From IMG/VR virus record IMGVR_UViG_3300027898_000001: 64,000 bases of DNA; one strand, 5' to 3'. A program made the position numbers and the translations under genes. The stretch comes from a virus (taxonomy: Duplodnaviria; Caudoviricetes). Below, in pieces: positions 8,859 through 18,392 of this stretch. The notes beneath the pieces are model-generated. The model made no database searches. It worked only from the letters and a program-made list of their open reading frames with translations, and was not told where the DNA came from. The stretch's first letter is position 1. Each line of letters starts with the position of its first letter.

Positions 8859-9341
8859 TCAAACTTTGTTAAGAGCCTTTAGCTTTTTCTCTGTGATAAT
8901 GGTAGTTTCGTAGTTATCATTAGCAACGACAAAGCCCACACGCTTCTTAGAATAGCCAAGTAGTGTATACGAGTTTTTCTTTCCAACATATTCATCACCA
9001 GCAACGTATTTACTTGGAAGTGCTTTTACCCATTTGTTGATAGTATCTTCTGAAACAACTATTCGCTTTGACCACTTCTTAGCACTGAATTTATTTTTCG
9101 ACACTAGCGGTTGTATATCACTATCACCGTTTTGTTTATCTACGATGAATGCAGTAACGTCATCTGGAGAAACACCTTCTACCATTAGACCTATTTCTAG
9201 CAGAATACCATCCTTATTAAACTTACCTCCAATAGATACAGGCGAAACACCTAAATTAAGGCTTGCAACAAACGAAGCTATGTTTTTCTTGAAAGCGGTT
9301 TCCACAGAATCCGCGAGTGCTTGTGTGATAATTATACGCAT
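8859..9341 (-). CDS. hypothetical protein
   Basis: Start MRIIITQ with GGAG RBS. Confidence 0.7.
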   Translation of the reverse strand: MRIIITQALADSVETAFKKNIASFVASLNLGVSPVSIGGKFNKDGILLEIGLMVEGVSPDDVTAFIVDKQNGDSDIQPLVSKNKFSAKKWSKRIVVSEDTINKWVKALPSKYVAGDEYVGKKNSYTLLGYSKKRVGFVVANDNYETTIITEKKLKALNKV

Positions 9342-9349
9342 ACTGTCTC

Positions 9350-9856
9350 CTATGGAATAGGGCCCCAATCATAGCACTCTGTAACTTCAACACCAATTTG
9401 ATATTGACGTGATTCTAAGTCTTTTGTAACAAACACGCTGCCCATCGAGCTTGCTCCGGTAACACGATGACGAACACCTTTGATAGTACAAAAGCATTTC
9501 ATATCACGAAACATTGGTAAGTTATCATAAATCATCTTACGGTATGCTGGCATTGCTTTGTAATCTAGGAATGCAATTGCATGTGCCAATCCAGAATCTT
9601 GTTCAGCCACATATAGTTGACTGTCTAACCAATCGTAAACGTGAACAAAACCCTCTTTACGTTCTTTTATAGGCTTGCTGATTTCTTGTAACAATGTGCG
9701 AGCACGATTACCGTTCTCAATATATGATGTTCCTTGCAAAGTATAATCAGCTGGGTCCAATATAACATCTGCAGGTATTGAATCATGTGGCACTATGTGT
9801 TGCCCAGAATAGAACTCTAATACTTGGTTAACATCATATAAAATATTCTCGCTCAT
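9350..9856 (-). CDS. hypothetical protein
   Basis: Operon packing; start MSENIL. Confidence 0.7.
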   Translation of the reverse strand: MSENILYDVNQVLEFYSGQHIVPHDSIPADVILDPADYTLQGTSYIENGNRARTLLQEISKPIKERKEGFVHVYDWLDSQLYVAEQDSGLAHAIAFLDYKAMPAYRKMIYDNLPMFRDMKCFCTIKGVRHRVTGASSMGSVFVTKDLESRQYQIGVEVTECYDWGPIP

Positions 9857-9857
9857 A

Positions 9858-10175
9858 TCATTCTCCATTTTGTATAGGCATAAAAGAAAAGTCTAAGAAG
9901 CATTCGCCAAATGATACAATCAATGTGTATACTATGCGACCATGTTCTCTTATAGATGGTTTAGGTGCGCCGTTACGTGTGATAGCGAACCGGCTTGTTA
10001 TATCATCAACAACAGTTTCTGGGCTACTAGGCTCTTTAACCCAAGGTATACAAATTAGGTCAAAATCACGTGCCATACTACCATGAACAGCCAATGCGTA
10101 TCCATGCGATCTAGCAATTTCTGCTAATTCTGGATATAGACCAACATAGATAGGTGCAAAGTTAGCAGGCTTCAT
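9858..10175 (-). CDS. hypothetical protein, weak minimal nucleotidyltransferase-like motif
   Basis: HGSMARDFDL (GS..DxD-like). Confidence 0.5.
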   Translation of the reverse strand: MKPANFAPIYVGLYPELAEIARSHGYALAVHGSMARDFDLICIPWVKEPSSPETVVDDITSRFAITRNGAPKPSIREHGRIVYTLIVSFGECFLDFSFMPIQNGE

Positions 10176-11215
10176 TACAGATCACCTTCCTGTAAATTTA
10201 ATACAGGTATTAATTGTTGTATTGATTTAGCGCTGTATCTGTGTGCCGATTCTGCTTTATCTAAATAGTCATTCAATCGACGTTTATTAAAACACACAGA
10301 TAACAATTCACATTCATCGTAGAAGTTTATATCAGTTTCGTATTGTTTTCGAGAACTGCAAGGTTTCGCAGCAATAGCGTATGTGCGATCTTTGAGAGCG
10401 AAGGATCTTACACCGGCAACAAACTTTTTACGTTCATGTTTGATAGTATCACCACTACGCTTACTCCATACGGGTGTCCATTTTTCAGAATACTCGTAGA
10501 AGTTAAATGGATTGTCTCTCGATAAATAGAGAAGACTAAAACCGTCAATAACCATACCGTACTTCTTCGCAAGAACATAACAATAAGCAGGTAATTGAAT
10601 AAGATGTGCAGAGTGTGGTAACTTCTTCGACATTATCTTACGTGCGGTGGTAGTCTTATAATCTGCTACCCAGAAATGACCATTCGGTAATAATATGATA
10701 CAATCAATGTGACCTACCAAACCTTTATATTTAATCTCTTTCTCAACATATCCCATTGGATGTTTGCAGCATGGGCATATATTGTTAGTGGTATTCTTCG
10801 CCGTAATACTACCTTTTCTTGTGATAGCTCCCTTTTCATTATACAAATCGCGTGTGTCATAAAACTTTTGACAATAAGGTGTGATGCAATTCCAATCACC
10901 CCAAACTTTACCAGTAGTGCCTATATAGTATTGGATATTCTCGTGAGCAGCCGTACCTACAGAAGTGAAGTAACCGCCGGCGGCGCTCATTTCCTGCTCG
11001 AAGTAACCTAAACTAGCACCTTTCATTAACTTCAAATAAACGTGAATGCTACACATAGGTAAAGAGCTGGGACGAAAAGCAGGAGCGCGCCCAGTTCGTG
11101 TAGTAATACTCTTTTCCATAGCATCTGCGTATAGCTTACCGAAAAAGGAACTACTTTGACCCATAGTTCGTTTTCCATAAGCGTACGGTCGTTTTTTAGG
11201 TAACTTACTAAACAT
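10175..11215 (-). CDS. PD-(D/E)xK exonuclease (RecB/Cas4-like)
   Basis: GTAAHE, GHIDC...VADYKT, QLPAY, Cys clusters. Confidence 0.8.
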   Translation of the reverse strand: MFSKLPKKRPYAYGKRTMGQSSSFFGKLYADAMEKSITTRTGRAPAFRPSSLPMCSIHVYLKLMKGASLGYFEQEMSAAGGYFTSVGTAAHENIQYYIGTTGKVWGDWNCITPYCQKFYDTRDLYNEKGAITRKGSITAKNTTNNICPCCKHPMGYVEKEIKYKGLVGHIDCIILLPNGHFWVADYKTTTARKIMSKKLPHSAHLIQLPAYCYVLAKKYGMVIDGFSLLYLSRDNPFNFYEYSEKWTPVWSKRSGDTIKHERKKFVAGVRSFALKDRTYAIAAKPCSSRKQYETDINFYDECELLSVCFNKRRLNDYLDKAESAHRYSAKSIQQLIPVLNLQEGDL

Positions 11216-11233
11216 ATCGTAAACCTCTACCTA

Positions 11234-11281
11234 TATTTACAGTATCTTGATTCAAATTATAGGAAATTGTAACTGTAAATA
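11234..11281. promoter_or_regulatory. divergent pair of TGTAAATA boxes (exonuclease and primase)
   Basis: Minus-strand box 11234-11241 and plus-strand box 11274-11281, 19-21 nt before each start. Confidence 0.7.
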
Positions 11282-11301
11282 TGAGTTACGAGGTACTTAA
11301 T

Positions 11302-12336
11302 ATGTCAGAAGATGCGCGTCAAATAATAAGTGAGGAATTGAATAATTCTCCTGGTCCTAAAAAGATGGCAGGTAGTTCACTTCTCATACAATGTCCTTTC
11401 CATGATGAAAACACACCATCATGTGGTGTCAACTTAAATCAAGATAGTGGTATTCCACTTGGCTGGTTTCATTGCTTTGGTTGTGGTGCTAAAGGTCCGT
11501 GGAATCGCTTAGCAAAACAAATGGGATTGACCCAGTTTAAGAAGTGGCAATTAGATTTCAAAGGTAATGGTGCGACTAGAGAAGAAAAACGTAGAACACC
11601 AGAAGCTAGTATGAAAAGTACAAATCAACTTGAGCGTATGTATAAGACGTTGAAAACAAAGGAGTTGATTGAATGGCCTACTAGAATGGACTGGAGAGGT
11701 TATGATGGCACACTACTTAGAAAGCTAGGCGCATTAATGTTTAGTGAAGAAGTGTGGAATAAACAAGAACGTGCTAGAGAAGCAGAGGTAATGCTGTTCT
11801 TCCCAATTTATGTAAACGAAAAGTTTGTAGGTGGTGTTAAAGCATTCATGGAGAAACAAAAAGACGGTCTAAGTTACTTGAACACGCCAGGCAGTTGGGT
11901 AAGAACAAGTGGTTTACTGGGATATGATTATATTCGCAAAGTAATAGCTAATGTAAGAGAAAAGAAAAAGAGACAATACACATCATTAGTATTAGTTGAA
12001 GGCCCGCGTGACGTAGCACGACTTCTGTTAAACAGAGTGCCAGCAATGGCTATTTTGGGTATCGAGAACTTTAGTGAAAAGAAGTTAATGAAAATACTGG
12101 CGGTAAATAGCAATATAAAAAGATTGTATGTAATGTCGGATAATGACAAAGCTGGTAAGCGTATGTATAAGATTATCAAGGAGATGGCTGCGAATTACAT
12201 CCCTGTAAAACGATTGAAATTGCCTGAAGAGTATGACAAGAAAGGAAAGCTAATTAAAATGGATCCAGACGATGCACCGCAAGAACTAATTGATACTGTA
12301 AGAGAACTTATAGAGTCGGAGATGGTGAAAGTCTAG
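11302..12336 (+). CDS. DNA primase (zinc-binding domain + TOPRIM)
   Basis: CPFHDENTPSC/HCFGC zinc finger, LVEGPRD, SDNDKAG; start moved to ATG 11302 after GAGG RBS. Confidence 0.88.
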   Translation: MSEDARQIISEELNNSPGPKKMAGSSLLIQCPFHDENTPSCGVNLNQDSGIPLGWFHCFGCGAKGPWNRLAKQMGLTQFKKWQLDFKGNGATREEKRRTPEASMKSTNQLERMYKTLKTKELIEWPTRMDWRGYDGTLLRKLGALMFSEEVWNKQERAREAEVMLFFPIYVNEKFVGGVKAFMEKQKDGLSYLNTPGSWVRTSGLLGYDYIRKVIANVREKKKRQYTSLVLVEGPRDVARLLLNRVPAMAILGIENFSEKKLMKILAVNSNIKRLYVMSDNDKAGKRMYKIIKEMAANYIPVKRLKLPEEYDKKGKLIKMDPDDAPQELIDTVRELIESEMVKV

Positions 12337-13084
12337 CATTAGCGGATAAGTAACCATTCTGAAACAAAAGGTCAGTATCAAACACTCCAAACCCAGAAGA
12401 TTTAACATCTAGGAATAATATATTTGTTTTATCATCTACCTCATTCAAATACGCATCTGTATTATCTACTGCGTAGGTTAACATAGATATAACTTTCGGT
12501 AAATAACTCAAGCCTTTATATCCACTAACTGTAGGCGCACTACGTACTCTAATACCGTACGTAATCGCATTGGATGGTGGCATCACATTTACAGGTGTAG
12601 GGTTCAAGACACCACCATCTACTAGTAACTTGTTTAAATATTTTACAGGCGTATACAAAATTGGTATAGATAAAGAAGCACGTACAGCTAACCAAATAGG
12701 TGCATTTGGAGAAGTTTCTTTACTGAATACAAATGGTTCGCCTGATATAACGTCAGACGATGTTATATAAATAGGTATAGGAGAATCTGCAAACGTCTTA
12801 GTACCAAATGTTCGTTTCAATTCACCTTCAATGTGTGTTCCAAAGCAAAAACTACTTTGAAATATTGCAGTTGGATTAAATGAAATGGCTTTAGAAGGGT
12901 CGAGAGATTTAAGGATAAGAAGTGCTTTATCAATAGGATAGAATGCTAACAAAGCTGCAATAATAGCACCTCCAGATGTACCAGACACTGCGGTTAAAGT
13001 GCTACTATCTTTTTCTATGATACTTTGATAAGCACCTAAGTGCATAGCATACAATAAACCACTACCAGAAAATGCCACTCTCAT
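12308..13084 (-). CDS. patatin-like phospholipase
   Basis: GSG..HLG oxyanion region, GTSGG nucleophile, DGG motif. Confidence 0.85.
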   Translation of the reverse strand: MRVAFSGSGLLYAMHLGAYQSIIEKDSSTLTAVSGTSGGAIIAALLAFYPIDKALLILKSLDPSKAISFNPTAIFQSSFCFGTHIEGELKRTFGTKTFADSPIPIYITSSDVISGEPFVFSKETSPNAPIWLAVRASLSIPILYTPVKYLNKLLVDGGVLNPTPVNVMPPSNAITYGIRVRSAPTVSGYKGLSYLPKVISMLTYAVDNTDAYLNEVDDKTNILFLDVKSSGFGVFDTDLLFQNGYLSANARLSPSPTL

Positions 13085-13102
13085 AATGTCCTCACGTAGA
13101 CG

Positions 13103-13135
13103 AAAAAAAGGCCGAAGGATATTATCCCTCAGCCT
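13103..13135 (-). terminator. intrinsic terminator
   Basis: AGGCTGAGGGATAATATCCTTCGGCC-TTTTTTT on minus strand after 13165..13773. Confidence 0.75.
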
Positions 13136-13164
13136 AAGTTAATACTCACTTTCACTCTGTTAAA

Positions 13165-13773
13165 TTAGCGAGATGCTATAGCCGTTGCTCCCCACTCTTT
13201 AACATTAGCCGATACAGAGTTGGCAATCAAATACTGGATGTCTGCAACGCTCAACGTATGCTCTTTGCTATCTAATTCGTTGATCAGGTCTTCTTCTTGT
13301 TCATCAGAAGACAAACGTAATACCATGTTAGTAATGAATGGATTTATATCATCAGCACCTTTTGGAGGTTCAGCATTGATCTGTTGGTCAACTGGTGCAT
13401 TGAAATCTGCAATATCTGTTTGCTTACTGTTGATATCCAACAATTTGTTCAATTCTGTTTGTGCTCTTGAATTACCTGCAATCAACGCAGCAGCTTCGGC
13501 ACTGTCAATGATTTCCAAGAAGCCCTTTGCTACAACGCGACGGAAGTCTGGATTGCTAAGAACATCTTTCTTTGGACAGAACATACTAGCATCGAATGGA
13601 ATCCAAGTGACTGGAACTTGAAGACTAACTTTGCTGTTGTTTGAAGTAATAACCATATTAATGTTGCCAGATGGATTACTTTTATTCAACAAATACAATT
13701 CTGTGTCATCATTACGCAAACTAGTTTCTGCTTGCGCGATAGTAAGTTTTTTAAGTGATACTTTTGTGCTCAT
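13165..13773 (-). CDS. hypothetical protein
   Basis: 202-aa ORF with GGAG RBS, followed by terminator. Confidence 0.8.
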   Translation of the reverse strand: MSTKVSLKKLTIAQAETSLRNDDTELYLLNKSNPSGNINMVITSNNSKVSLQVPVTWIPFDASMFCPKKDVLSNPDFRRVVAKGFLEIIDSAEAAALIAGNSRAQTELNKLLDINSKQTDIADFNAPVDQQINAEPPKGADDINPFITNMVLRLSSDEQEEDLINELDSKEHTLSVADIQYLIANSVSANVKEWGATAIASR

Positions 13774-13787
13774 GTGAAAGTCTCCTA

Positions 13788-14333
13788 TTAGACTATTGTT
13801 TGAAATAATGTATCTCCCGAAGCCATGACACGAACATCTTTTGAAAACGCATCATATTCCCGTTGAGAAAGGTTTAACACTGATCTAAATGAAAATTGTG
13901 GTACAATGGTTGTGCAATACTTTTCATCTACGAGTTTTAATAGCATCCAAGGCATGAAATTAAAATCTTGTACATTTAAAGGTTTATCTGCTATAACACT
14001 ATCAACTAATTGCGATCTACCTGCTTGGTAAATAAACTGCTCAGGTTTCTCTGTGTTTAAAATGTGTGCTACTACATGGTGAAACATAATCCACGAGTTC
14101 ATTCTATCAGTAGCTTTAGAACGGATACGCTTAACGTCTTTAACTGTTATTTCTTTATCTGGGAATTTATACAACAACAATTCAGAATCAGATATTGGTG
14201 TATCACCTGCAGCAGCTTTAACGTCTAAGGCAAGACAACGATTAGCCGTTGTTGGAGTATAGTTCTTACACGAGGTTATTTTGCAACGTGAAGTAAAACA
14301 ATATGAGGCTACTAGAGGACATTGTTTTTTCAT
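13788..14333 (-). CDS. hypothetical Cys-rich protein
   Basis: N-terminal Cys cluster; operon packing. Confidence 0.75.
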   Translation of the reverse strand: MKKQCPLVASYCFTSRCKITSCKNYTPTTANRCLALDVKAAAGDTPISDSELLLYKFPDKEITVKDVKRIRSKATDRMNSWIMFHHVVAHILNTEKPEQFIYQAGRSQLVDSVIADKPLNVQDFNFMPWMLLKLVDEKYCTTIVPQFSFRSVLNLSQREYDAFSKDVRVMASGDTLFQTIV

Positions 14334-14334
14334 A

Positions 14335-14553
14335 TTAATCCAACACCGCCACAGACTGTATAGGTCTCACAGGTAATGATGCACGGACCAAACAATCTTT
14401 AGCTTCCAACAGTTTGCGCAAACCCGCTGACTTTTCTGGACCATCAGGCAACATGTCATCATACTGATGTGCAATATCACAAATTGGTTTACTCACTGAC
14501 TGTAATGCTGGAGGTAAATGTGCGTATTCAAAATATTGTAGAATTGGATTCAT
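14335..14553 (-). CDS. small helical-hairpin protein resembling Acb2/Tad1-domain proteins
   Basis: MNPILQYFEYAHLP...LPDGPEKSAGLRKLLEAKDCLVRA; PDxxEKSxxLxKLxEA pattern; start moved to ATG 14553. Confidence 0.5.
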   Translation of the reverse strand: MNPILQYFEYAHLPPALQSVSKPICDIAHQYDDMLPDGPEKSAGLRKLLEAKDCLVRASLPVRPIQSVAVLD

Positions 14554-14611
14554 ATAAATACCTATGCAATATAAACCATTATAATGTAGCAGTCTGCCTA
14601 TCATATCTTCG

Positions 14612-14723
14612 GTGCCTTGTACTTTGGCACATGCGCCCGATACTCAAGTTTTCCGTTTTATTGGCCGCGTATCCAATAAGTTACAGTTACAAACTGCTAG
14701 ACTATAATGGCTCTGTGGCACAT
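14612..14723 (-). ncRNA. candidate structured RNA / leader
   Basis: Closing stem ATGTGCC/GGCGCAT with internal hairpins CAGTT-TGT-AACTG and TTATTGG-N8-CCAATAA, then a GTGCC/GGCAC hairpin; begins 5 nt after a TGTAAATA box. Confidence 0.4.
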
Positions 14724-14727
14724 AAGC

Positions 14728-14735
14728 TATTTACA
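14728..14735 (-). promoter_or_regulatory. TGTAAATA box
   Basis: AACTGTAAATA just before the structured element at 14723. Confidence 0.65.
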
Positions 14736-15306
14736 GTTTAGCGGACTTGTCCAAGTGACGTAGGAACGATATTATCCTTGCTTCACCTTCTAGGTTTGCG
14801 AATGGTATAAGATCAAATTGTTTAGCTACATGGTACTGCGCCATTAGCGTACAATCTAGTTCATGTACTTGGTGACGTATTTTAGGAGATTTTGGTTTCG
14901 ACAATACTTTTAGCATATCGTAAGTATCATTTAAAGAACAATCCTTATTAACGCGGTTAAAAGCATTCTTCCAAGTACCTGCAGTGTAAAGTACTATATT
15001 AGGATAAATATCATGTAACTTACCAATCATCATATTGATTGATTCTATGGAAAGTCCCTTTAATCCCCTACTTTGAAAACGCTCCGCGCACACTAAATCA
15101 AACGGTCCATATAAATGCTCAAGATGGTATATGTTTGATACAAACGCTCTACCCTCAGTCTTGATAGACATAGGGTTCTTAATAGGGCGCTCAAGCATTT
15201 GCGTACCAAGAACTTTTACTTTTAATTCACCGTCTTTAACTATCATATCAGATATTGAAACACCGTAATTAGCAGTACCTGGATCCATTGATAATATGCG
15301 CATCAC
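14731..15306 (-). CDS. RuvC-like Holliday junction resolvase
   Basis: ILSMDPGTANYG (first RNase H Asp), CAERFQ, C-terminal ELDC. Confidence 0.75.
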   Translation of the reverse strand: MMRILSMDPGTANYGVSISDMIVKDGELKVKVLGTQMLERPIKNPMSIKTEGRAFVSNIYHLEHLYGPFDLVCAERFQSRGLKGLSIESINMMIGKLHDIYPNIVLYTAGTWKNAFNRVNKDCSLNDTYDMLKVLSKPKSPKIRHQVHELDCTLMAQYHVAKQFDLIPFANLEGEARIISFLRHLDKSAKL

Positions 15307-15392
15307 ATCTACCTTATAAGAGTTTCGAGAAAATTAGCATATCGTGGTTCGATAATTTTAATTATATTTCCAATGCTAAAGGTAGAAGTAGA

Positions 15393-16499
15393 ATGGCTAT
15401 ATATAGAGGACCACAAGATACAAACAGACGCGCCAAGAACTACACACACAAACAAGCTCAAGCACGTTTGGAAGAGACTATACCTACATTTAACGAGCAA
15501 GTAATCAACTCACTTGGTGTGGATAGTGTTTTCATAGATTACTTCCATGTACATGATAGAGTAGGTGAAGTGTGCAGTTGTAGAAAAACAAAGGTAGAGG
15601 ACACATTCGATCACGTGGAAGATGGTGTGAATACAGTAGTACCTACACGTAATGATGTTAAGTCGTCCATAATACTGCAAGATGATGATATATTCGGAGA
15701 TAGTCGGGCAGAACGTATCTACGAAGATCAGGGGATAGATGTAAGTGGAGACTTAGATTATGATCCTAGTATTCCAGACGTGTTGACTGCACAACTAGAT
15801 AAAGATGGTAATGTTGTATATCAAGATAGTGTGACAGAAGGTAATGTAGATTGTCCTATATGTTATCGCACAGGCATACTACCCGGCTACACAAGATTGA
15901 ATACAGTGCGCCATTTGTTGACAAGTTTGAACTATGTTAAACTTGATGGTTACAATATAGATAGGGCATTGACACCACACGAGTTGTGGAACGTAAGTAA
16001 AACAGGTAATGCGTATTATGAGATATTAGTGCCAAAATACTTCACAGTAGCTAATTACAGTGTTCGTTATGGTAAGTACATTCTAAAGGCCGAAAGTATC
16101 TATCTGAACGGTGTGCCTCTGTCAGATAAGTTATTACGCAGATACGCAGGCACAAAGATAATAGTGTCTACAAAGGCCGAAAAATTTACACACATTGTTA
16201 TAGAGTTTGAATTAGTGCAAGAAAAACTACGTGGTAACCTGAGCGCTGAATCGAAAGCCTTAGATTACAATTTACGTGATATGACAGCGGATTTCACAGT
16301 AATCTTACCACCAAGTTTACATGAAGTAAGAGTGAATGATGTTATTGTAATACGGGATAGAAGGTTAGTATTAAAGGTGAAAGACATGGAACGTAAAGTG
16401 ACGGCAGCAAAAAAGCAATTAGAATGGTCAGTTCAAACGAGGGTGGTTCAACCACAGGAACCAATCAAAAACATTTACAAATCATTTAAAATAGGTTAA
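15393..16499 (+). CDS. conserved hypothetical protein (possibly structural)
   Basis: Long ORF; start moved to MAIYRG; CSC and CPIC motifs. Confidence 0.8.
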   Translation: MAIYRGPQDTNRRAKNYTHKQAQARLEETIPTFNEQVINSLGVDSVFIDYFHVHDRVGEVCSCRKTKVEDTFDHVEDGVNTVVPTRNDVKSSIILQDDDIFGDSRAERIYEDQGIDVSGDLDYDPSIPDVLTAQLDKDGNVVYQDSVTEGNVDCPICYRTGILPGYTRLNTVRHLLTSLNYVKLDGYNIDRALTPHELWNVSKTGNAYYEILVPKYFTVANYSVRYGKYILKAESIYLNGVPLSDKLLRRYAGTKIIVSTKAEKFTHIVIEFELVQEKLRGNLSAESKALDYNLRDMTADFTVILPPSLHEVRVNDVIVIRDRRLVLKVKDMERKVTAAKKQLEWSVQTRVVQPQEPIKNIYKSFKIG

Positions 16500-16503
16500 T
16501 ACT

Positions 16504-17085
16504 ATGAAAGACAGTACGGAAATAGCAGTACAAAAGAACATGATGGCTCTTGCAAAGAAGCGCGGCAGTAGTGCTCGTAGTCGTATGCTTAGTATGATTA
16601 TGCCCCACCTGTCCCAAGAAAATGGTGAGAAATTAGCCTCAGCATTAGATTCCAAGAATTCTTCTAAGTTTAGAGAAGTTTGGGATAAGATTCGTAAGGA
16701 AATTGAAACTAAATTTGGGCACAAAGCCGAAGCTAGTAATAGCAATGACTTCTTGGAAGAGTTTGAATTGGAAGTATTAGCTTCCTATAACGATTCTGAT
16801 GATGGTATCTTGTTGAATGGTAGTGGTCCATTCAAAGATCAACTACGTAGCATAATTGCAAATGGTTATGCTGAAATATCTCCAGGTATTGTATATCGTT
16901 TAGTATCAATTGATTTAGGTGCAGCACATAACCGCGCATTACAATCAAACATTGCAAAGATAGATGCAGAATTACACAGAGTGGATGGTACGTTAATTAA
17001 GTCATTCCGTTTCAGCGGCAAGTTAGTAAGTGCAGTATTCGACAACTTATTACTGGCAAAGGCGTTTATCAAAGATGATAAGTAA
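16504..17085 (+). CDS. hypothetical protein
   Basis: 193-aa ORF 4 nt after upstream stop. Confidence 0.8.
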   Translation: MKDSTEIAVQKNMMALAKKRGSSARSRMLSMIMPHLSQENGEKLASALDSKNSSKFREVWDKIRKEIETKFGHKAEASNSNDFLEEFELEVLASYNDSDDGILLNGSGPFKDQLRSIIANGYAEISPGIVYRLVSIDLGAAHNRALQSNIAKIDAELHRVDGTLIKSFRFSGKLVSAVFDNLLLAKAFIKDDK

Positions 17086-17284
17086 ATGCACGAATACAAC
17101 ATGCCCTATGCGCAGCGAGTGCAGACGTTCTACAGATATGTGGAGAGAAGATGATCCTAAGTCTTGGTACACGTATACTGTAGGAATAAATGGTGCGGAA
17201 TGTTCAAACAAGATAGATAACTATAGACGGTTATCTATCTCAAACCGCACTACTCCTATTCGTAATTCTGTGGTTGTATTTTAA
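17075..17284 (+). CDS. small Cys-rich hypothetical protein
   Basis: MISKCTNTTCPMRSECRR; start overlaps upstream gene end. Confidence 0.55.
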   Translation: MISKCTNTTCPMRSECRRSTDMWREDDPKSWYTYTVGINGAECSNKIDNYRRLSISNRTTPIRNSVVVF

Positions 17285-17501
17285 GTATGTTGTAATCTAT
17301 ATGCGCGAGTACGACGGCTTCTAAGTTTTGTCTATCTAAACTACCGTCGTACCTGCATATCTTAACTCCTGCATTAGGTAATGTATCTACACACACAAAT
17401 AGATAACATTTACCATTCACATTTTCCCATCCAATAGGTAATTCATCTATAGCAATATAATGAGAAATACCGTCAACTTCTACTACACTAAACCATTCCA
17501 T
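17256..17501 (-). CDS. hypothetical protein
   Basis: GGAG RBS and TGTAAATA box 39 nt upstream. Confidence 0.6.
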   Translation of the reverse strand: MEWFSVVEVDGISHYIAIDELPIGWENVNGKCYLFVCVDTLPNAGVKICRYDGSLDRQNLEAVVLAHIDYNILKIQPQNYE

Positions 17502-17539
17502 ACTTTTCTCCTAAAACACGTTTTTGGCAGATTATCAAT

Positions 17540-17547
17540 TATTTACA
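17540..17547 (-). promoter_or_regulatory. TGTAAATA box
   Basis: 39 nt upstream of 17501. Confidence 0.55.
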
Positions 17548-18343
17548 ATTTCTGTTTTTGCAAAAAGGACGAAAATCGTTCATTTTCATGCGAAAAAGTC
17601 ACTCAATTTCTTCAAAAACACGCTCTTATAACTAAAAGTTATTAAAACGCGGTTCCAAGAAAATGCTATTCCACATGCTAGGAATGAAGCCTACGGTATG
17701 CCTAATGTACGTTCCACCCAAACCAGTGTTTTTACAGGTGATACCTTTTCATGTTTTCGTCAAAAATTAATAGCTGTTTTTATTGCAAAAATAATATGAA
17801 TTCCATCCTAATGCATGGTCCTATCAAGGTAGTACTATTAAAACACTATATAACCACGCTTTTTCAAGATTAGACAGGTAGCAATTCGTATATAACCAAA
17901 TAGTCTAAAAATTCAGAAATAAAAAGTGTCAATACATAGTATTGCGCGAGAGCGAATAGCCTCGAAACGAATTCCCCAGCCAGAATGAGTGATAGAGATT
18001 GACCGAATGAGAACGAAGCGAAAGTGAGGGTATTTATACCCGAACAGAATTAGGCGCATTTGCGAAAAACTTGAATAGACTAGCCAGATTAATAAGCCTA
18101 ATCGGACGAGCGGAGTGAAGTCCTAATAGCGAAGCGTCCTGTCCGATGCTGCGGAGCAGCGAGTACACCTTAGCGCAGCGAAAGGTGATTAAAGATACTC
18201 TAAAAGATATTTCCCTGGCTCCAAGAATACATCATCCTAATTGGTAGATGATGTTGATTAGGTCTTTGGTAAATTGGGCAAAGCCTGCTTTTCGGAAAGC
18301 CATTGTTCCCGTTTCTAATTAGCCTATCTTTATAACGATTTAA

Positions 18344-18392
18344 TTAGGATTAATTCTTTGCCTTTTTGCCTTTAAAGTTAGGATTAATTCTT
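18344..18392. repeat. 15-bp direct repeat TTAGGATTAATTCTT x2
   Basis: 18344-18358 and 18378-18392. Confidence 0.8.

Noticed and set aside
10175-11215. Cas4 as part of a CRISPR system
   Set aside because: No cas1/cas2 or array; standalone PD-(D/E)xK nucleases are common in phage replication regions
11281-11301. Primase start at 11281 as in the track
   Set aside because: That ATG overlaps the promoter box; a GAGG RBS supports ATG 11302
14631-14723. tRNA gene
   Set aside because: No TTC T-loop, no 7-nt anticodon loop, no CCA
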